DNA of 64,000 nucleotides, taken from positions 32,001-96,000 of the forward strand of contig CAVTNR010000012.1 of the NCBI GenBank assembly GCA_963736115.1, given 5' to 3'. Source of the DNA: an uncultured bacterium. Its GTDB lineage: Bacteria > Zhuqueibacterota > QNDG01 > DTFT01. This document shows positions 47,015-61,453 of this stretch, piece by piece (within the stretch, counting starts at the first letter, position 1; every line of letters starts with the position of its first letter). The position numbers were made by a program, and so were the translations under genes. A model generated the notes under the pieces. The model had not been told where the DNA came from. It searched no databases and saw nothing but the letters and a program-made list of their open reading frames with translations.

Positions 47015-48430
47015 ATGAAACGCATACGCAACGTCTTGATATCGGTCGCACTGGCCGCCCTGTGCACGGCCTTCCGGCCGGCCGCGGTTCCCGCGGCCAC
47101 GGTACAGGTCTGGATCACGGACTCCGCCACCGGCCTGAAGGTGGAAGGAGCGCATTTCGTGGCTTTGGCCGGTGCGGATACGCTCGTCCGCGCGGTCAGC
47201 GGAACCGCTTCGCCCCTGTCCTTTCAGGTCGATGCATCGGCCGTGAACGCCGGGCGGTCCGGACTCATGCCGAAATCCGCCTCTGTCCTGGCGTTCCCGA
47301 ATCCCTGCAGGGATAAAGTGTCCCTGGACTGGGTATCAGCCGGTTCCGGGGAACGGATCGAGGTTTTCGACGTCCTGGGCCGGCGGCTGTACGCGGGACC
47401 GTCCCCCTCTGCCGCGGGCCGGAGCGTGTCCGCGGATTTCGGGCTCACCGGACTGCCGGACGGCCTCTACCTGGTGCGGATATCCGGCGGGAACGGCATG
47501 CCCGCGACCGGAAAATTCATGAAAACCGGCGGTGCCGCATCCCTCGCGGACGCGGCGGTCCGCAGGCTTCAAACGCGCATCGGCATGCCGAAACCCTCCG
47601 CCCCTGCCCGGCCGGACGGAAAATCCGTGCGTCTCATGGCCTATACGACCAAAACCGCAAAGGATGCCGAAGGCCGCCATGTCTGCGGTTATGCGTCCGT
47701 GGAGACGACGGTCTCCGGAGACACGCTCATCACCATTCCCATGAGTCCACAGCCCTTTTCCGAGGCCGGGCACAACGCGGCGCCCGGGTCCGCGGCACCG
47801 GTCATCGTGGACGGCCGGGCCGACGATCCGGTCTGGGGTGATGCGGCATGGGGCGACATCGACCATGTGTGGCTCGGCGCTCCGCCCGCGGCCGAAGATT
47901 TCACCGGCCGGTACAAGATCGCCTGGACCCCGGAACGGCTCTGCCTTCTGGTCGAGATCCGGGACGACGCGGTCTCGGACCAGTACCCGGATCCCCTGTC
48001 CAATTACTGGCAGGACGACTGCGTGGAAGTGTTCATCGACGAGAACGCGTCCGGCGGCAACCATCAGTACAGCTACAATGCCTTCGCCTATCATGTCGCG
48101 CTGAACGGAACGGCCGTGGACGCGGGCGCGGACGGACGCACGAAGAACCTCTCGGATCACATGGAGGTCGCGAGGATCGAAAACGGAGACATCTGCACCT
48201 GGGAGATCGCCATCCGGATTTTCGGAGAGGACTTCAGCGACACCCGCACGGACAATGTCCCGCTGACGCTCGAGACGGGCAAGGTGATGGGATTCATGGT
48301 GGCGTACTGCGATAATGACGGCACCTACGACCGGCAGAACTTCGTGGGATCGATTTTCATCGCGGGCCGTGACAAGAACGTCGGCTGGATCAACGCCAGC
48401 GTGTTCGGGACGCTGGAGCTGGTGCCGTGA
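47015..48430 (+). CDS. Secreted protein with internal T9SS-CTD-like domain and C-terminal CBM9-like domain
   Basis: AFPNP...VFDVLGRR...GLYLVRI internally; IVDGRADDPVW...WQDDCVEVFIDE...YCDND in the C-terminal domain. Confidence 0.75.
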   Translation: MKRIRNVLISVALAALCTAFRPAAVPAATVQVWITDSATGLKVEGAHFVALAGADTLVRAVSGTASPLSFQVDASAVNAGRSGLMPKSASVLAFPNPCRDKVSLDWVSAGSGERIEVFDVLGRRLYAGPSPSAAGRSVSADFGLTGLPDGLYLVRISGGNGMPATGKFMKTGGAASLADAAVRRLQTRIGMPKPSAPARPDGKSVRLMAYTTKTAKDAEGRHVCGYASVETTVSGDTLITIPMSPQPFSEAGHNAAPGSAAPVIVDGRADDPVWGDAAWGDIDHVWLGAPPAAEDFTGRYKIAWTPERLCLLVEIRDDAVSDQYPDPLSNYWQDDCVEVFIDENASGGNHQYSYNAFAYHVALNGTAVDAGADGRTKNLSDHMEVARIENGDICTWEIAIRIFGEDFSDTRTDNVPLTLETGKVMGFMVAYCDNDGTYDRQNFVGSIFIAGRDKNVGWINASVFGTLELVP

Positions 48431-48501
48431 AATGTAAATGGAACGCGGGGACGCGGATAGGACATGAATTTTTCGGTAATTCGCTGGTTCCTGCAGATTT
48501 C

Positions 48502-48538
48502 GACCCCGGGGTCCTTCGGACCCCGGGGTCTTTCTTTT
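48502..48538 (+). terminator. Intrinsic terminator
   Basis: GACCCCGGGGTC cttcg GACCCCGGGGTC followed by TTTCTTTT. Confidence 0.75.
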
Positions 48539-48541
48539 CCA

Positions 48542-51037
48542 TCAATCCGTGTTCAATTTCTTTTTCCGCTTCGGCCCGCCGGACGGTTTCTTCTTCCGCT
48601 CGGAAATCCGCGTGATCAGCTGGACCATGGAAGAAGCCAGGAACAGAAAGAGGAGCAGGACGAATCCGCTCCGGAACACAAACCAGGACAGAAACGCCAG
48701 CAGAATCAGGACCACCAAAGTCCGGGGCGACAGGATTGCCGAGCGGCAGGCCGCCTCGATCTTCCGGAGAACGGGCATGACGGCCCGCCAAAACCGGACA
48801 ACCGCGGCCCACACCGGTTTCAACCGTCCGCGGTTCCGGAAGACCAGCCAGGCCAGGAGGGCCAGCACGGCCAGGCGGAAAAACGCGAAAACCCCGGACC
48901 GGACCGGCCACACATTCACGGACAGCTCATCCTCGGGCTTCACGATGGTGCGCGCGAACCGGACCAGCTGACCGGTTCTGGGAATGACGACCTGTATCGG
49001 CATGACGCCGGCCCCGCCCGCGGACGCGGACTGCACGGTCGACTGGCTGATCTCGTCGAGCTTGTTCCCGAAATCCATCTCCGCCCGCATCTGCCGGACG
49101 ACCTGCTCCTCCTCCATGGGCACGTTCCGAAACTTGCTCTTCGCTTCATTCCCCGCGTAGAAATCCTTGAGCTGTTCGGCCGAACCGGCCTCTCCCGTGA
49201 CCGCGGGCGAAGGCGCCTTGTCGTACCGCACCTTGCGCGACCGCAGGCCGAGCGCATTGAAACCCCGTATGGCCTCCTCCTTCTCGAGTGTGCTCCGGAA
49301 GTTGAAGTACCGGTAGTCGTTCGGCAGGTAGACCGACCACACGACCTGGCTTGCCATCACGTCCGCGGGCGGCAGAACAACGCCCCGGCCGCCCATCCAG
49401 TGGAAAGGACTGACGGCCCGGCAGGTGACGACCTCCACCGGAAACGTTTCGAGCCGCGAGCCCGAAAAACGCGAACGGATCAGGGGAACGAGCAGGCGGC
49501 CGTCCGATCCCTTGGATGATTCCACGGGCTCGCCGCCCACGAACACGCTCCACACGTCCGCGTCCTTCGGCAGGCGGATCTCGAGGAATTGCTTTTCGGA
49601 GTTCCGGATCTGGTAGAGTATCCGGTTCACTTCCTTGCCGTCCTCGGTGAGCAGTGTGACCGCGTTCACGGACACGGCCGAGGCCATGGGCACGATGATT
49701 TTCTCGTGACGCTCCACATCGAGCACCAGAGTGAACGGATGCTTCAATGTCCGGTACGCGAGCAGGAGCGGCTTCTCGGACCGATTGTACAGGGCGGGCG
49801 GGAGTTTCTGCACGGCCACGCGCTCCAGTCCCTCGGACGAAACGGCCTTCACCTCGGCGCCCGTGTTGAGTGCCACGCCGACCGCCCCGGTTTCGCGCAC
49901 CGCGCCGGAAACGCGGAATCCGCGGAACGCATTGGCCTTTCCGCCCTCGGTCAGGGGCTTCTCCGTCGTGACCGTGAACATCACGGTCCCCTCCCTCGCG
50001 TACGTGAAGGGGACGGTGATGAGCCTCTGGCCCGCCTGGGTTCTTTCGTGCCAGGCGCCCACGGCATCGCCTGTCACGGACAGCACGTTGAGATCGGCCG
50101 GAACGGACAGCACCGCCTGCTCCACGCCGCTGTGCAGGACATTGAGTCCCACGTCCGAGGCCACGCGCAGACCGCCGTCCTCGATGGAGAGAAGATGGTT
50201 CACGTCCGCGTACACCTTCGGCGGCAATTTTTCAGCCGCCGGGACTTTCTTCCGCCAGGCCACCTGAATCGACCCGCCCGAGGGAATCACGGCCGTGACA
50301 ACGGTGCCCGCGCCGGCCGGCGCAACGGAAAAGGTCTGGGCCCGGGGCACATCCACGTCGATGTTCCGCATCGGAAGCTCGAGCCGGAGAAGCCGCACCG
50401 GCGCGGGCAGGATCGCGAGATCGAGGCGCTGCGGCCCCTGGTCTTCGGCCGAAGGCACCGTGAACACGGCCTCCACTGTATGTTCGCCGGGCCTGCCGAT
50501 CAGCACCTGGTGGGTGCCGCCCTCGGTCACCACGAGACCGGACGCGCCGTCCGTCTTCACTTCCTCGAGCGCCGTGTTCTGGTAAAGCAGGGGGATTTTC
50601 AGCCAGGCGTTTCTGCGGAGCACATGGATACGGAAGGTCGCTGTGAAACGGGTTCCGTTCCGGCCGAGCCGGCCGGAATACACCGCGCGCGTGATCAGAT
50701 AGTCCACCGGAGGCGCCCCGGACGTGTCCGCGGGCGGCTTCATGGCCTCCACGAGACTCGTGAATTCGGCCCTGGACAGCACGACCAGACCGTTCCGGCC
50801 GGCCGGGCTGGACGCCGGCTTATGGCCCGTCTGAGCCACGATCCGGTTGTACGTTTCAATCGGCAGGACGATTTCATTCTCGTCCATCCGGACGATTTTC
50901 CTGAACTCCTCCCAGGGAACCGTGACCTTGGCCGCGGCCGCGGGCTCATTCTGGGCCTGGACTGCAGAAAAGAACCCGGCGATGAGGAGGCAGAAGGCCG
51001 GCCAGCGGTGGGTTCCGCGTCGGATCGGGTCGTTCAT
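48542..51037 (-). CDS. Hypothetical exported protein with C-terminal membrane anchor
   Basis: 831-aa ORF with signal peptide, beta-rich body, about 3 C-terminal hydrophobic helices; AAGGAG RBS. Confidence 0.75.
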   Translation of the reverse strand: MNDPIRRGTHRWPAFCLLIAGFFSAVQAQNEPAAAAKVTVPWEEFRKIVRMDENEIVLPIETYNRIVAQTGHKPASSPAGRNGLVVLSRAEFTSLVEAMKPPADTSGAPPVDYLITRAVYSGRLGRNGTRFTATFRIHVLRRNAWLKIPLLYQNTALEEVKTDGASGLVVTEGGTHQVLIGRPGEHTVEAVFTVPSAEDQGPQRLDLAILPAPVRLLRLELPMRNIDVDVPRAQTFSVAPAGAGTVVTAVIPSGGSIQVAWRKKVPAAEKLPPKVYADVNHLLSIEDGGLRVASDVGLNVLHSGVEQAVLSVPADLNVLSVTGDAVGAWHERTQAGQRLITVPFTYAREGTVMFTVTTEKPLTEGGKANAFRGFRVSGAVRETGAVGVALNTGAEVKAVSSEGLERVAVQKLPPALYNRSEKPLLLAYRTLKHPFTLVLDVERHEKIIVPMASAVSVNAVTLLTEDGKEVNRILYQIRNSEKQFLEIRLPKDADVWSVFVGGEPVESSKGSDGRLLVPLIRSRFSGSRLETFPVEVVTCRAVSPFHWMGGRGVVLPPADVMASQVVWSVYLPNDYRYFNFRSTLEKEEAIRGFNALGLRSRKVRYDKAPSPAVTGEAGSAEQLKDFYAGNEAKSKFRNVPMEEEQVVRQMRAEMDFGNKLDEISQSTVQSASAGGAGVMPIQVVIPRTGQLVRFARTIVKPEDELSVNVWPVRSGVFAFFRLAVLALLAWLVFRNRGRLKPVWAAVVRFWRAVMPVLRKIEAACRSAILSPRTLVVLILLAFLSWFVFRSGFVLLLFLFLASSMVQLITRISERKKKPSGGPKRKKKLNTD

Positions 51038-51332
51038 GAGGATCTCCTTGGGTTGTGACAGCCAGCTTTATATAATATAATCAAAAATAAACGAAAGAAC
51101 ACCGGAGAAATATAAAGGAGGACTGTTTATAAATGAACTGCCGGCAATGGCCGGAGTTCCTCCCATTTTGCAGCGCCAGGAGAAGGGATGAAGATCCATC
51201 CATTTTCCACCTATGGGACAAATATTTGTTTATTAACAGATAAGCGGCCATTGAAATGGAGCGGGCGGTTTCCCGTATTTTATGACATTCCGGTAATAAT
51301 TGCCTCCTGCCCTATCACAGTTCTAAAAAAAC

Positions 51333-51640
51333 TTGACAATAATGGATTATTTTCCTATTTTAATATAATCCCTTAATCACCAGCCGAATTTATTGATAAT
51401 CGAAATCATACTTCTTCCGATCATCCGCACAACAGGTCTCGAATGAGTTCATCATCCTGAATACAGGTCCGCAAAGCATTGTCCCCGTCTTTCTCATTTC
51501 GATCTGACCTTTTCTTCCGCGGGTTCCGCGTCCCGAACGCCGGACTTCTTTTTGCGGAAAAAAGATCAAACCGCATCCGCCGACAGCCGATCGGAGGCCC
51601 GGGCCGGATGCGTCCAACAGAAAACCAAGGAGGTTTTTGA
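51333..51640 (+). promoter_or_regulatory. rho promoter and long pyrimidine-rich leader
   Basis: TTGACA-17 bp-TATTTT at 51333-51361; ~270-nt leader; AAGGAGG RBS. Confidence 0.55.
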
Positions 51641-52897
51641 ATGGATATATCCGATCTTAAAAAACTGAAAATCGCCGAGCTCACGGATCTGGCCCAGAAC
51701 ATGAAAATCGAGGGCTATTCAGGACTTCGCAAGCAGGAATTGATCTTCAAGATCCTGGAGGAGCAGACCCAACAGGACGGGCATATTTTCTCCGAAGGCG
51801 TGCTCGAAATCCTGCCGGACGGATACGGTTTTCTTCGCTCCGCGACTCCAACTACCTGCCCGGTCCGGACGACATCTATGTCTCCCCCTCGCAGATCAAG
51901 CGGTTCGGCCTGCGCACCGGGCGATACGGTCTCCGGCCAGATCCGGCCGCCCAAAGGAGAATGAGCGCTTTTTCGCCCTGCTCAAGGTCGAGGCCGTCAA
52001 TTACGAGAATCCGGACGAGGCCAAGAGCAAGATTCTCTTCGACAACCTGACGCCGCTCTATCCCAGGCGAAGCTGATCCTCGAAGCTGGAGACCGCGCCG
52101 ATGAATTCACCATGCGCATCATGGACCTGCTCACGCCCATCGGCAAGGGCCAGCGCGGCCTGATCGTCGCCCAGCCCAGAACCGGAAAGACGATCCTGCT
52201 CCAGAAAATCGCCAATGCCATCACCACCAACCATCCCGAGAGTCACGCTGATCGTGCTGCTCATCGACGAGCGGCCCGAGGAAGTGACCGACATGGAGCG
52301 TTCGGTCAAGGCCGAGGTGATCAGCTCGACCTTCGACGAGCCCGCCGAGCGTCACGTGCAGGTGGCCGAGATGGTGATCGAAAAGGCCAAGCGGCTGGTC
52401 GAGTACGGCCAGGACGTGGTCATCCTGCTCGACTCCATCACCCGTCTGGCCCGCGCCCACAACGCCGTGGTGCCGCACTCGCGGCAAGATCCTGTCCGGC
52501 GGCGTCGACTCCAACGCGCTGCATCGGCCCAAGCGCTTCTTCGGCGCCGCCCGCAACATCGAAGAGGGCGGCAGCTTGACCATCATCGCCACGGCCCTGA
52601 TCGACACGGGCAGCCGCATGGACGAGGTCATTTTCGAGGAGTTCAAGGGCACCGGCAACATGGAATTGATGCTCGACCGCCGGCTTTCCGACCGGCGCAT
52701 CTTTCCCGCCATCGACATCAACCGTCCGGCACGCGCAAGGAGGAGCTGCTGCTCGGCCGATCAGGAGCTGAACCGGGTCTGGATCCTGCGCAAGCTGCTG
52801 AACGAGTTGAACATGATCGAGGCCATGGAATTCCTCGTCGAGAAGATGCAGGACCAGCCGCAACAACAAGGATTTCCTGGATTCCATGAGCACGTGA
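51641..52897 (+). CDS. rho: Transcription termination factor Rho, with multiple frameshifts (probably sequence error)
   Basis: [74 protein letters not shown] distributed across frames. Confidence 0.92.
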
Positions 52898-53051
52898 GTG
52901 GGGGCGGAAAGACCGCCCGAGAGGGAATTGTCCGTCGCCGCAGGGGCGGCGCGGCGCGGCGCCCCTGCCGGAGTAATCGAGCGACTACAGGACCAGTAAC
53001 GAACAGCCCCCGACGGGCTTGGAAACACAGCAAAAACAGCCCTTTTTCCCC

Positions 53052-53080
53052 TTGCATTCCGGATTTATTTTATGTATATT
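53052..53080 (+). promoter_or_regulatory. Sigma70 promoter of rpmE
   Basis: TTGCAT-17 bp-TATATT. Confidence 0.6.
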
Positions 53081-53107
53081 TATCGGATTTAAGAGGAGGA
53101 TTCTGTT

Positions 53108-53333
53108 TTGAAAAAAGGACATCCACCCGAAATACAACCTCATTCAGGTGAAATGCGCCTGCGGAAGCGTGTTCGAAACCCATTCCACGGCCAAGGAAAT
53201 TCACGTGGAAATCTGCTCCGCCTGCCACCCCTTCTTCACCGGCAAACAGAAGCTTGTGGACACTGCCGGCCGAGTCGAGAAGTACATGAAGAAATACGCC
53301 ATCGACAAGGAAAAGAAGGCCAAGGCCGAGTGA
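53108..53333 (+). CDS. rpmE: 50S ribosomal protein L31 (Zn-binding type); one extra A after the TTG start
   Basis: Removing one A from the A6 run gives MKKDIHPKY...KCACG...[25 protein letters not shown]. Confidence 0.93.
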
Positions 53334-53366
53334 CCCGGATTTGCCACCGAGTGAGTGAAAACCCCG

Positions 53367-53396
53367 GCGGACCCGAATCATCGGTTCCGCTTTTTT
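53367..53396 (+). terminator. Terminator after rpmE
   Basis: GCGGACCCGA...TCGGTTCCGC followed by T6. Confidence 0.65.
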
Positions 53397-53423
53397 ATGC
53401 CCGAATGTGAAGGATTCAATCGA

Positions 53424-54338
53424 ATGAACCCCCGGATGAACGTCGGCGGACAGGCCGTCATCGAAGGCGTCATGATGCGTTCCCCCGATTCCGTGGCCGT
53501 GGCGGTCCGGAAGCCGGACGGCCGGATCCGGGTACGCTGCAGGCCGCATGTCCCGTGGACGAAGCGGGTTCGGGTCCTCGGCTGGCCCTTCATCCGGGGC
53601 GGCGTGATTCTGATCGAATCCCTGGTGCTCGGATTCCGGGCCCTGGAGTATTCGAGCGAGGTGTCCATGGCGGATGCCTCGAAACCGGATCCGAAACCCG
53701 CCGGCCCGGCCGAAAAATGGCTGATGGCGGGCACCCTGGCGTTTTCCTTCGCTGTCGGGCTCCTGCTGTTCTTCTATCTGCCCCTGCTCGTGGCGGGCTG
53801 GACGGGCGTGAAGAGCGGATGGGCCTTCAATCTCGTCGACGGCGCGGTGCGGCTCGCGGTGTTCCTGGCCTACCTGACACTGATCCGGCAATGGAAGGAC
53901 ATCCGGCGCGTATTCGAGTACCACGGCGCCGAACACAAGTCCATCTTCGCGTTCGAGTCGGGCCGGCCGCTCAACGTGGAATCGGCCAGATCCTTTTCCG
54001 TGCGTCACCCCCGATGCGGAACCAGTTTTCTGCTGACCGTGGTGTGGGTGTCCATCCTGGTGTTCCTCTTCCTGGGCCGGCCCGACACGGTCGGCGACCG
54101 GCTGACCCGCCTGCTCTTCCTCCCCGTCATCGGCGGCCTGTCGTACGAGATCATCCGGCTGGCCTCAACCCCTGCCGGCAAATGGCTCTCGAAAACTCTG
54201 GTGGCGCCGGGCGTGTGGCTGCAGCGCCTCACCACGGACGAGCCGGACGACGGCCAGATCGAAGTGGCGCTCGCCGCGCTCCACGCGGCCCTGGGCCGTA
54301 CGGACGGGCCGTCCGTTGAGACCGACGGGGAGACCTGA
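53424..54338 (+). CDS. DUF1385 (YqhQ-like) membrane protein
   Basis: [39 protein letters not shown]. Confidence 0.9.
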   Translation: MNPRMNVGGQAVIEGVMMRSPDSVAVAVRKPDGRIRVRCRPHVPWTKRVRVLGWPFIRGGVILIESLVLGFRALEYSSEVSMADASKPDPKPAGPAEKWLMAGTLAFSFAVGLLLFFYLPLLVAGWTGVKSGWAFNLVDGAVRLAVFLAYLTLIRQWKDIRRVFEYHGAEHKSIFAFESGRPLNVESARSFSVRHPRCGTSFLLTVVWVSILVFLFLGRPDTVGDRLTRLLFLPVIGGLSYEIIRLASTPAGKWLSKTLVAPGVWLQRLTTDEPDDGQIEVALAALHAALGRTDGPSVETDGET

Positions 54339-54342
54339 GGCG

Positions 54343-55434
54343 ATGGGTTCCGCCGAAAACGACCTGCTGCTCGCCAAGTGCGGGCGCATGGAAATCCGGC
54401 TCCGGGAAGTTGAAAAAGCGCTGGAGGACCCGGACGTCCTCCGCCAGGCGGACAAGGCTGTCGCGTTCAACCGCGAGTACCGCCAGCTGGCCGCGCTCAT
54501 GGAAACGGCCGGGGCCTACCGGTCGCTCCTTCAGAAGATAGACGGGGACGGTGAAATCCTCAAAAGCTCGTCCGACCCCGAGCTCCGCGTCATGGCACAG
54601 GAGGAGCTCGAGGAGGCCCGCGCCGCGCTCGGCCTCACCGAAACCGAGCTGAAGCGCCTGCTGATCCCGAAAAGTCCGGAAGACGAACGGAACGCCATCA
54701 TGGAGATCCGCGCCGGCACCGGGGGCGAAGAAGCGGCCCTTTTCGCCGGCGATCTGTTCCGGATGTACACCAAATACGTCGAGGGCCGGGGCTGGCGCCG
54801 GGAGCTGATGGGCTCCAACCCGACGGGCCTGGGCGGGTTCAAGGAAATCGTCTTTTCCGTGTCCGGCGACGGCGCGTTCGGCATCCTGAAATTCGAAAGC
54901 GGCGTGCACCGGGTTCAGCGCGTGCCCGTCACGGAGACCGGCGGCCGCATCCACACGTCCGCCGCGTCCGTGGTCGTCCTGCCCGAGGTCGAGGAAGTGG
55001 ACGTGGTGATCGACCCGAAGGATATCCGCATCGACGTGTACCGCTCGTCCGGGCCGGGCGGCCAGAGCGTGAACACGACCGACTCCGCGGTGCGTATCAC
55101 CCACGTCCCCTCCGGGATGATCGTCACCTGCCAGGACGAAAAATCCCAGCACAAAAACAAGGCCAAGGCGCTGAAAGTCCTCCGGGCGCGGCTGTATGAC
55201 CTGCGCAAGAAGGAGGAGGAGGCGCGGATGAAGGCCAGCCGGCGGTCGATGATCGGCACCGGCGACCGAAGCGAAAAGATACGGACCTACAATTTCCCCC
55301 AGGGCCGCGTGACCGACCACCGCGTCAACCTGACGCTGTACCGCCTTCCAGAGATCATGAACGGCGACATCAGCGAGCTGGTTGAAACCCTGCGTATAGC
55401 GGATCTCGACGCGAGGCTGGAGGCGGATCAGTAA
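54343..55434 (+). CDS. prfA: Peptide chain release factor 1
   Basis: [19 protein letters not shown] (PVT specificity motif), [18 protein letters not shown]. Confidence 0.97.
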   Translation: MGSAENDLLLAKCGRMEIRLREVEKALEDPDVLRQADKAVAFNREYRQLAALMETAGAYRSLLQKIDGDGEILKSSSDPELRVMAQEELEEARAALGLTETELKRLLIPKSPEDERNAIMEIRAGTGGEEAALFAGDLFRMYTKYVEGRGWRRELMGSNPTGLGGFKEIVFSVSGDGAFGILKFESGVHRVQRVPVTETGGRIHTSAASVVVLPEVEEVDVVIDPKDIRIDVYRSSGPGGQSVNTTDSAVRITHVPSGMIVTCQDEKSQHKNKAKALKVLRARLYDLRKKEEEARMKASRRSMIGTGDRSEKIRTYNFPQGRVTDHRVNLTLYRLPEIMNGDISELVETLRIADLDARLEADQ

Positions 55435-55533
55435 ACGCGGCCGGCCGGGCCCTCCGGCCCGACATCGCGGGAACCGGGTAATACAGGCGACGGCCGCCCG
55501 AGAGGCGGCGGAAACGCCCATCAGGAGGCACCC

Positions 55534-56820
55534 ATGGCTCGAAACGTTCTCGCCATCATCATGGCCGGCGGGTCTGGAACCCGCCTGTGGCCGCTGACCA
55601 AGGACCGGGCGAAACCCGCCGTCCCCATCGCGGGGAAATTCCGGTTGATCGACATCCCCATCAGCAACTGCATCAATTCCGAGATCCGGCAGATCTTCGT
55701 CCTCACCCAGTTCAATTCCAATTCCCTGAACCGGCACGTTTCCCAGACCTATTTCTTCGACCGGTTCACCGAGGGATTCGTGCAGATCCTCGCCGCCCAG
55801 CAGACCGTGGAGCACTCGGACTGGTACCAGGGCACGGCCGATTCCGTCCGCAAAAATCTGCGCTATTTCCTCGATCGGGAGTACGACCACTACCTCATCC
55901 TCGCGGGCGATCACCTGTACTCCATGGACTACCAGCGGCTGATTAAATTCCACATGGAGAAACAGTCGGACATCACCGTCGGCGTCCTGCCCGTGGCGCG
56001 CGAGAAGGCCTCGGAGTTCGGAATCCTCCGGCTGAACGATGATTCGCGCATCACCTCCTTTCTCGAGAAGCCGAAACAACCCTCCGACATCGATCCCTTC
56101 ATCGCCTCCCGCGAATGGATGCGCAGCCAGGGGCATCAGTCCTCGGGCGAGGAAGTCATCGGATCCATGGGCATCTATCTCTTCAATCGCCAGGTGCTGG
56201 TCGAACTCCTGACCGAGACCGACCACACTGATTTCGGAAAGGGCGTCATTCCGCACGCCATCCAGACGAAAAACGTGTCCGGCTATCTGTTCGACGGATA
56301 CTGGGAGGACGTCGGGACCATCCGGTCCTTCTACAAGGCCATGATGGACCTCGTCGTGCCCTGCCCGAAATTCAACTTCTACGAGGCCCGGCGTCCCATC
56401 TACACCCGACCCCGGTACCTGCCCGGCGCCAAGATCACCAATTGCCAGGTGATGGAATCCATCATCAACGAAGGCACGGTTCTCGAGGAGTGCCGGGTGG
56501 AGCATTCCATGGTCGGCATCCGCGCCCGCGTCAGCCAGGGCGCGTCGATCAGCCGTTCCATCGTCATGGGCGCCGATTATTTCGAAAACGCGGAGGACCT
56601 CGTCGAGAACCGGCGGCTCAGCCGGCCCAACATCGGCATCGGACGGAACTGCGTCATCGAAAAAGCCATCATCGACAAGAACGCCCGGCTCGGTGAAGGG
56701 GTTCAGATTCTCGACCGGAACCGGCCCACGGATCTGGAAACGGAAAATTACACGATCAAGGAGGGCATCGTCATCGTGCCGAAAAACGGCGTGCTCGCCC
56801 CGGGGACCGTCATTGGATAA
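55534..56820 (+). CDS. glgC: Glucose-1-phosphate adenylyltransferase
   Basis: [52 protein letters not shown]. Confidence 0.96.
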   Translation: MARNVLAIIMAGGSGTRLWPLTKDRAKPAVPIAGKFRLIDIPISNCINSEIRQIFVLTQFNSNSLNRHVSQTYFFDRFTEGFVQILAAQQTVEHSDWYQGTADSVRKNLRYFLDREYDHYLILAGDHLYSMDYQRLIKFHMEKQSDITVGVLPVAREKASEFGILRLNDDSRITSFLEKPKQPSDIDPFIASREWMRSQGHQSSGEEVIGSMGIYLFNRQVLVELLTETDHTDFGKGVIPHAIQTKNVSGYLFDGYWEDVGTIRSFYKAMMDLVVPCPKFNFYEARRPIYTRPRYLPGAKITNCQVMESIINEGTVLEECRVEHSMVGIRARVSQGASISRSIVMGADYFENAEDLVENRRLSRPNIGIGRNCVIEKAIIDKNARLGEGVQILDRNRPTDLETENYTIKEGIVIVPKNGVLAPGTVIG

Positions 56821-57952
56821 GCCGAAACCGGCCGTCCTGATCCTTCAGGACGGCCGCACGTTTACAGGGGAGCCGTTCGGCGCTCCGGTCACGGCTTTCG
56901 GCGAGGCGGTGTTCAACACCGGCATGACGGGGTACCAGGAGATCCTCACGGATCCCTCGTACCGCGGCCAGATGGTCGTCATGACCTACCCCCACATCGG
57001 CAACACCGGTATCAACGAGGAGGATGTGGAATCGTACCGTCCCCACGTCGAGGGGCTCATCGTCCGGGAGCTGTGCGCCGAGCCCAGCAATTACCGGTCG
57101 ATGCGGAGCCTGGACGATTATCTCAGGGAATCGGGCATCCCGGGCATACAGGGCATAGACACGCGCGCCCTGACCCGCCACCTGCGGGAAAAGGGATCCC
57201 TGATGGCCGCATTGTCAAACGACGGGACCGACCCGGCCGTCCTGAAGGAAAAACTGCGACAACACCCGGGCATCGTCGGCCGCGACCTGGTCAGCGGCGT
57301 CAGCATCGAACGGTCCCTGGAGTGGTCGATTCCCGCGTCCCAGGCCTGGTACCATGATCCCGTGACCGTGGATCCGGGCAAGCGGCGGTTCCGGGTCGCG
57401 GCCTTTGACTTCGGCATGAAGTGGAACATTCTGCGCCTGCTGACGGGATTCGGCATGGACGTCACGGTGCTTCCCTCCTCCACACCCGCGGAAAAGGTGA
57501 GGGAGATGAAGCCGGACGGGGTTTTCCTGTCCAACGGGCCCGGGGATCCCGAGGCGCTGGGCCCGGTCATCGACACGGTCCGCCGTGTCGCGGCCGAATT
57601 TCCGGTTTTCGGCATCTGCCTCGGCCACCAGATTCTCGGCCTGGCCTTCGGCGCGAAGACGCTCAAGCTGAAATTCGGACACCACGGGTCCAACCACCCG
57701 GTGCGCGAGGAGGAATCGGGCCGCATCGAGATCACGTCTCAGAACCACAATTTCGCGGTGGACCCGGAATCCGCCCGCGCCGCGGGATTCGACATCACCC
57801 ACATCAACCTGAACGACCGCACGGTCGAGGGCATGCGCCACAGGGAACTGCCCGTGTTCTGCGTGCAGTACCACCCCGAGGCCTCCCCCGGCCCGCACGA
57901 TTCCCTCGCGCTCTTCCGCGAATTCATCCGGCGGATGGAAGCGGCGGAGTAG
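56813..57952 (+). CDS. carA: Carbamoyl-phosphate synthase small subunit
   Basis: [37 protein letters not shown]; likely TTG start overlapping the glgC stop. Confidence 0.96.
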   Translation: MDKPKPAVLILQDGRTFTGEPFGAPVTAFGEAVFNTGMTGYQEILTDPSYRGQMVVMTYPHIGNTGINEEDVESYRPHVEGLIVRELCAEPSNYRSMRSLDDYLRESGIPGIQGIDTRALTRHLREKGSLMAALSNDGTDPAVLKEKLRQHPGIVGRDLVSGVSIERSLEWSIPASQAWYHDPVTVDPGKRRFRVAAFDFGMKWNILRLLTGFGMDVTVLPSSTPAEKVREMKPDGVFLSNGPGDPEALGPVIDTVRRVAAEFPVFGICLGHQILGLAFGAKTLKLKFGHHGSNHPVREEESGRIEITSQNHNFAVDPESARAAGFDITHINLNDRTVEGMRHRELPVFCVQYHPEASPGPHDSLALFREFIRRMEAAE

Positions 57953-57968
57953 ACCAACCGGGAGATCC

Positions 57969-61163
<3,195 letters not shown>

Positions 61164-61172
61164 TCGGCCCAA

Positions 61173-61228
61173 CCCGTTCGCCCTGAGCGAAGCCTGCCCC
61201 GAGCATTGCCGAGGGGTCGAAGGGCGAA
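61173..61228. repeat. Nested REP-like element (CCCTGAGC...GTCGAAGGG type)
   Basis: Outer CCCGTTCGCCCTGAGC...GTCGAAGGGCG encloses a second unit, CCTGCCCCGAGCATTGCCGAGGG. Confidence 0.55.
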
Positions 61229-61385
61229 AGTCGGAACTCACAAGAGATCGCGCCAGGGTCGTCCCCCGGCGCGATTTTTGTTTGACCGTGTCATTGCCTG
61301 ATGACGGCATGGGAGACGGCACCCTGCTTCAAGAAGGCAACGGTTTCTCGTACCGTGCGCTTTCGGTCAATCATTCCGAATGAGC

Positions 61386-61432
61386 TTGACTTCATCTTCA
61401 TATTTTATTAAATTACTTTGTATTTTAAAGAC
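61386..61432 (+). promoter_or_regulatory. Promoter with TACTTT-N7-AAAG operator
   Basis: TTGACT-17 bp-TAAATT, overlapped and followed by TACTTT gtatttt AAAGAC. Confidence 0.6.
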
Positions 61433-61453
61433 GACCCCAGACGGAGCGTTCCA

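Noticed and set aside
53108-53120. AAAAAAG slippery site as a programmed frameshift in rpmE
   Set aside because: The needed shift is +1, not the -1 this motif promotes, and it adjoins the error-rich rho region.
54229-56505. 758-aa minus-strand ORF and similar long antisense ORFs (e.g. 21864..23462, 35867..37540, 37871..39439)
   Set aside because: They lie opposite well-supported genes, and long antisense frames are expected at high GC.
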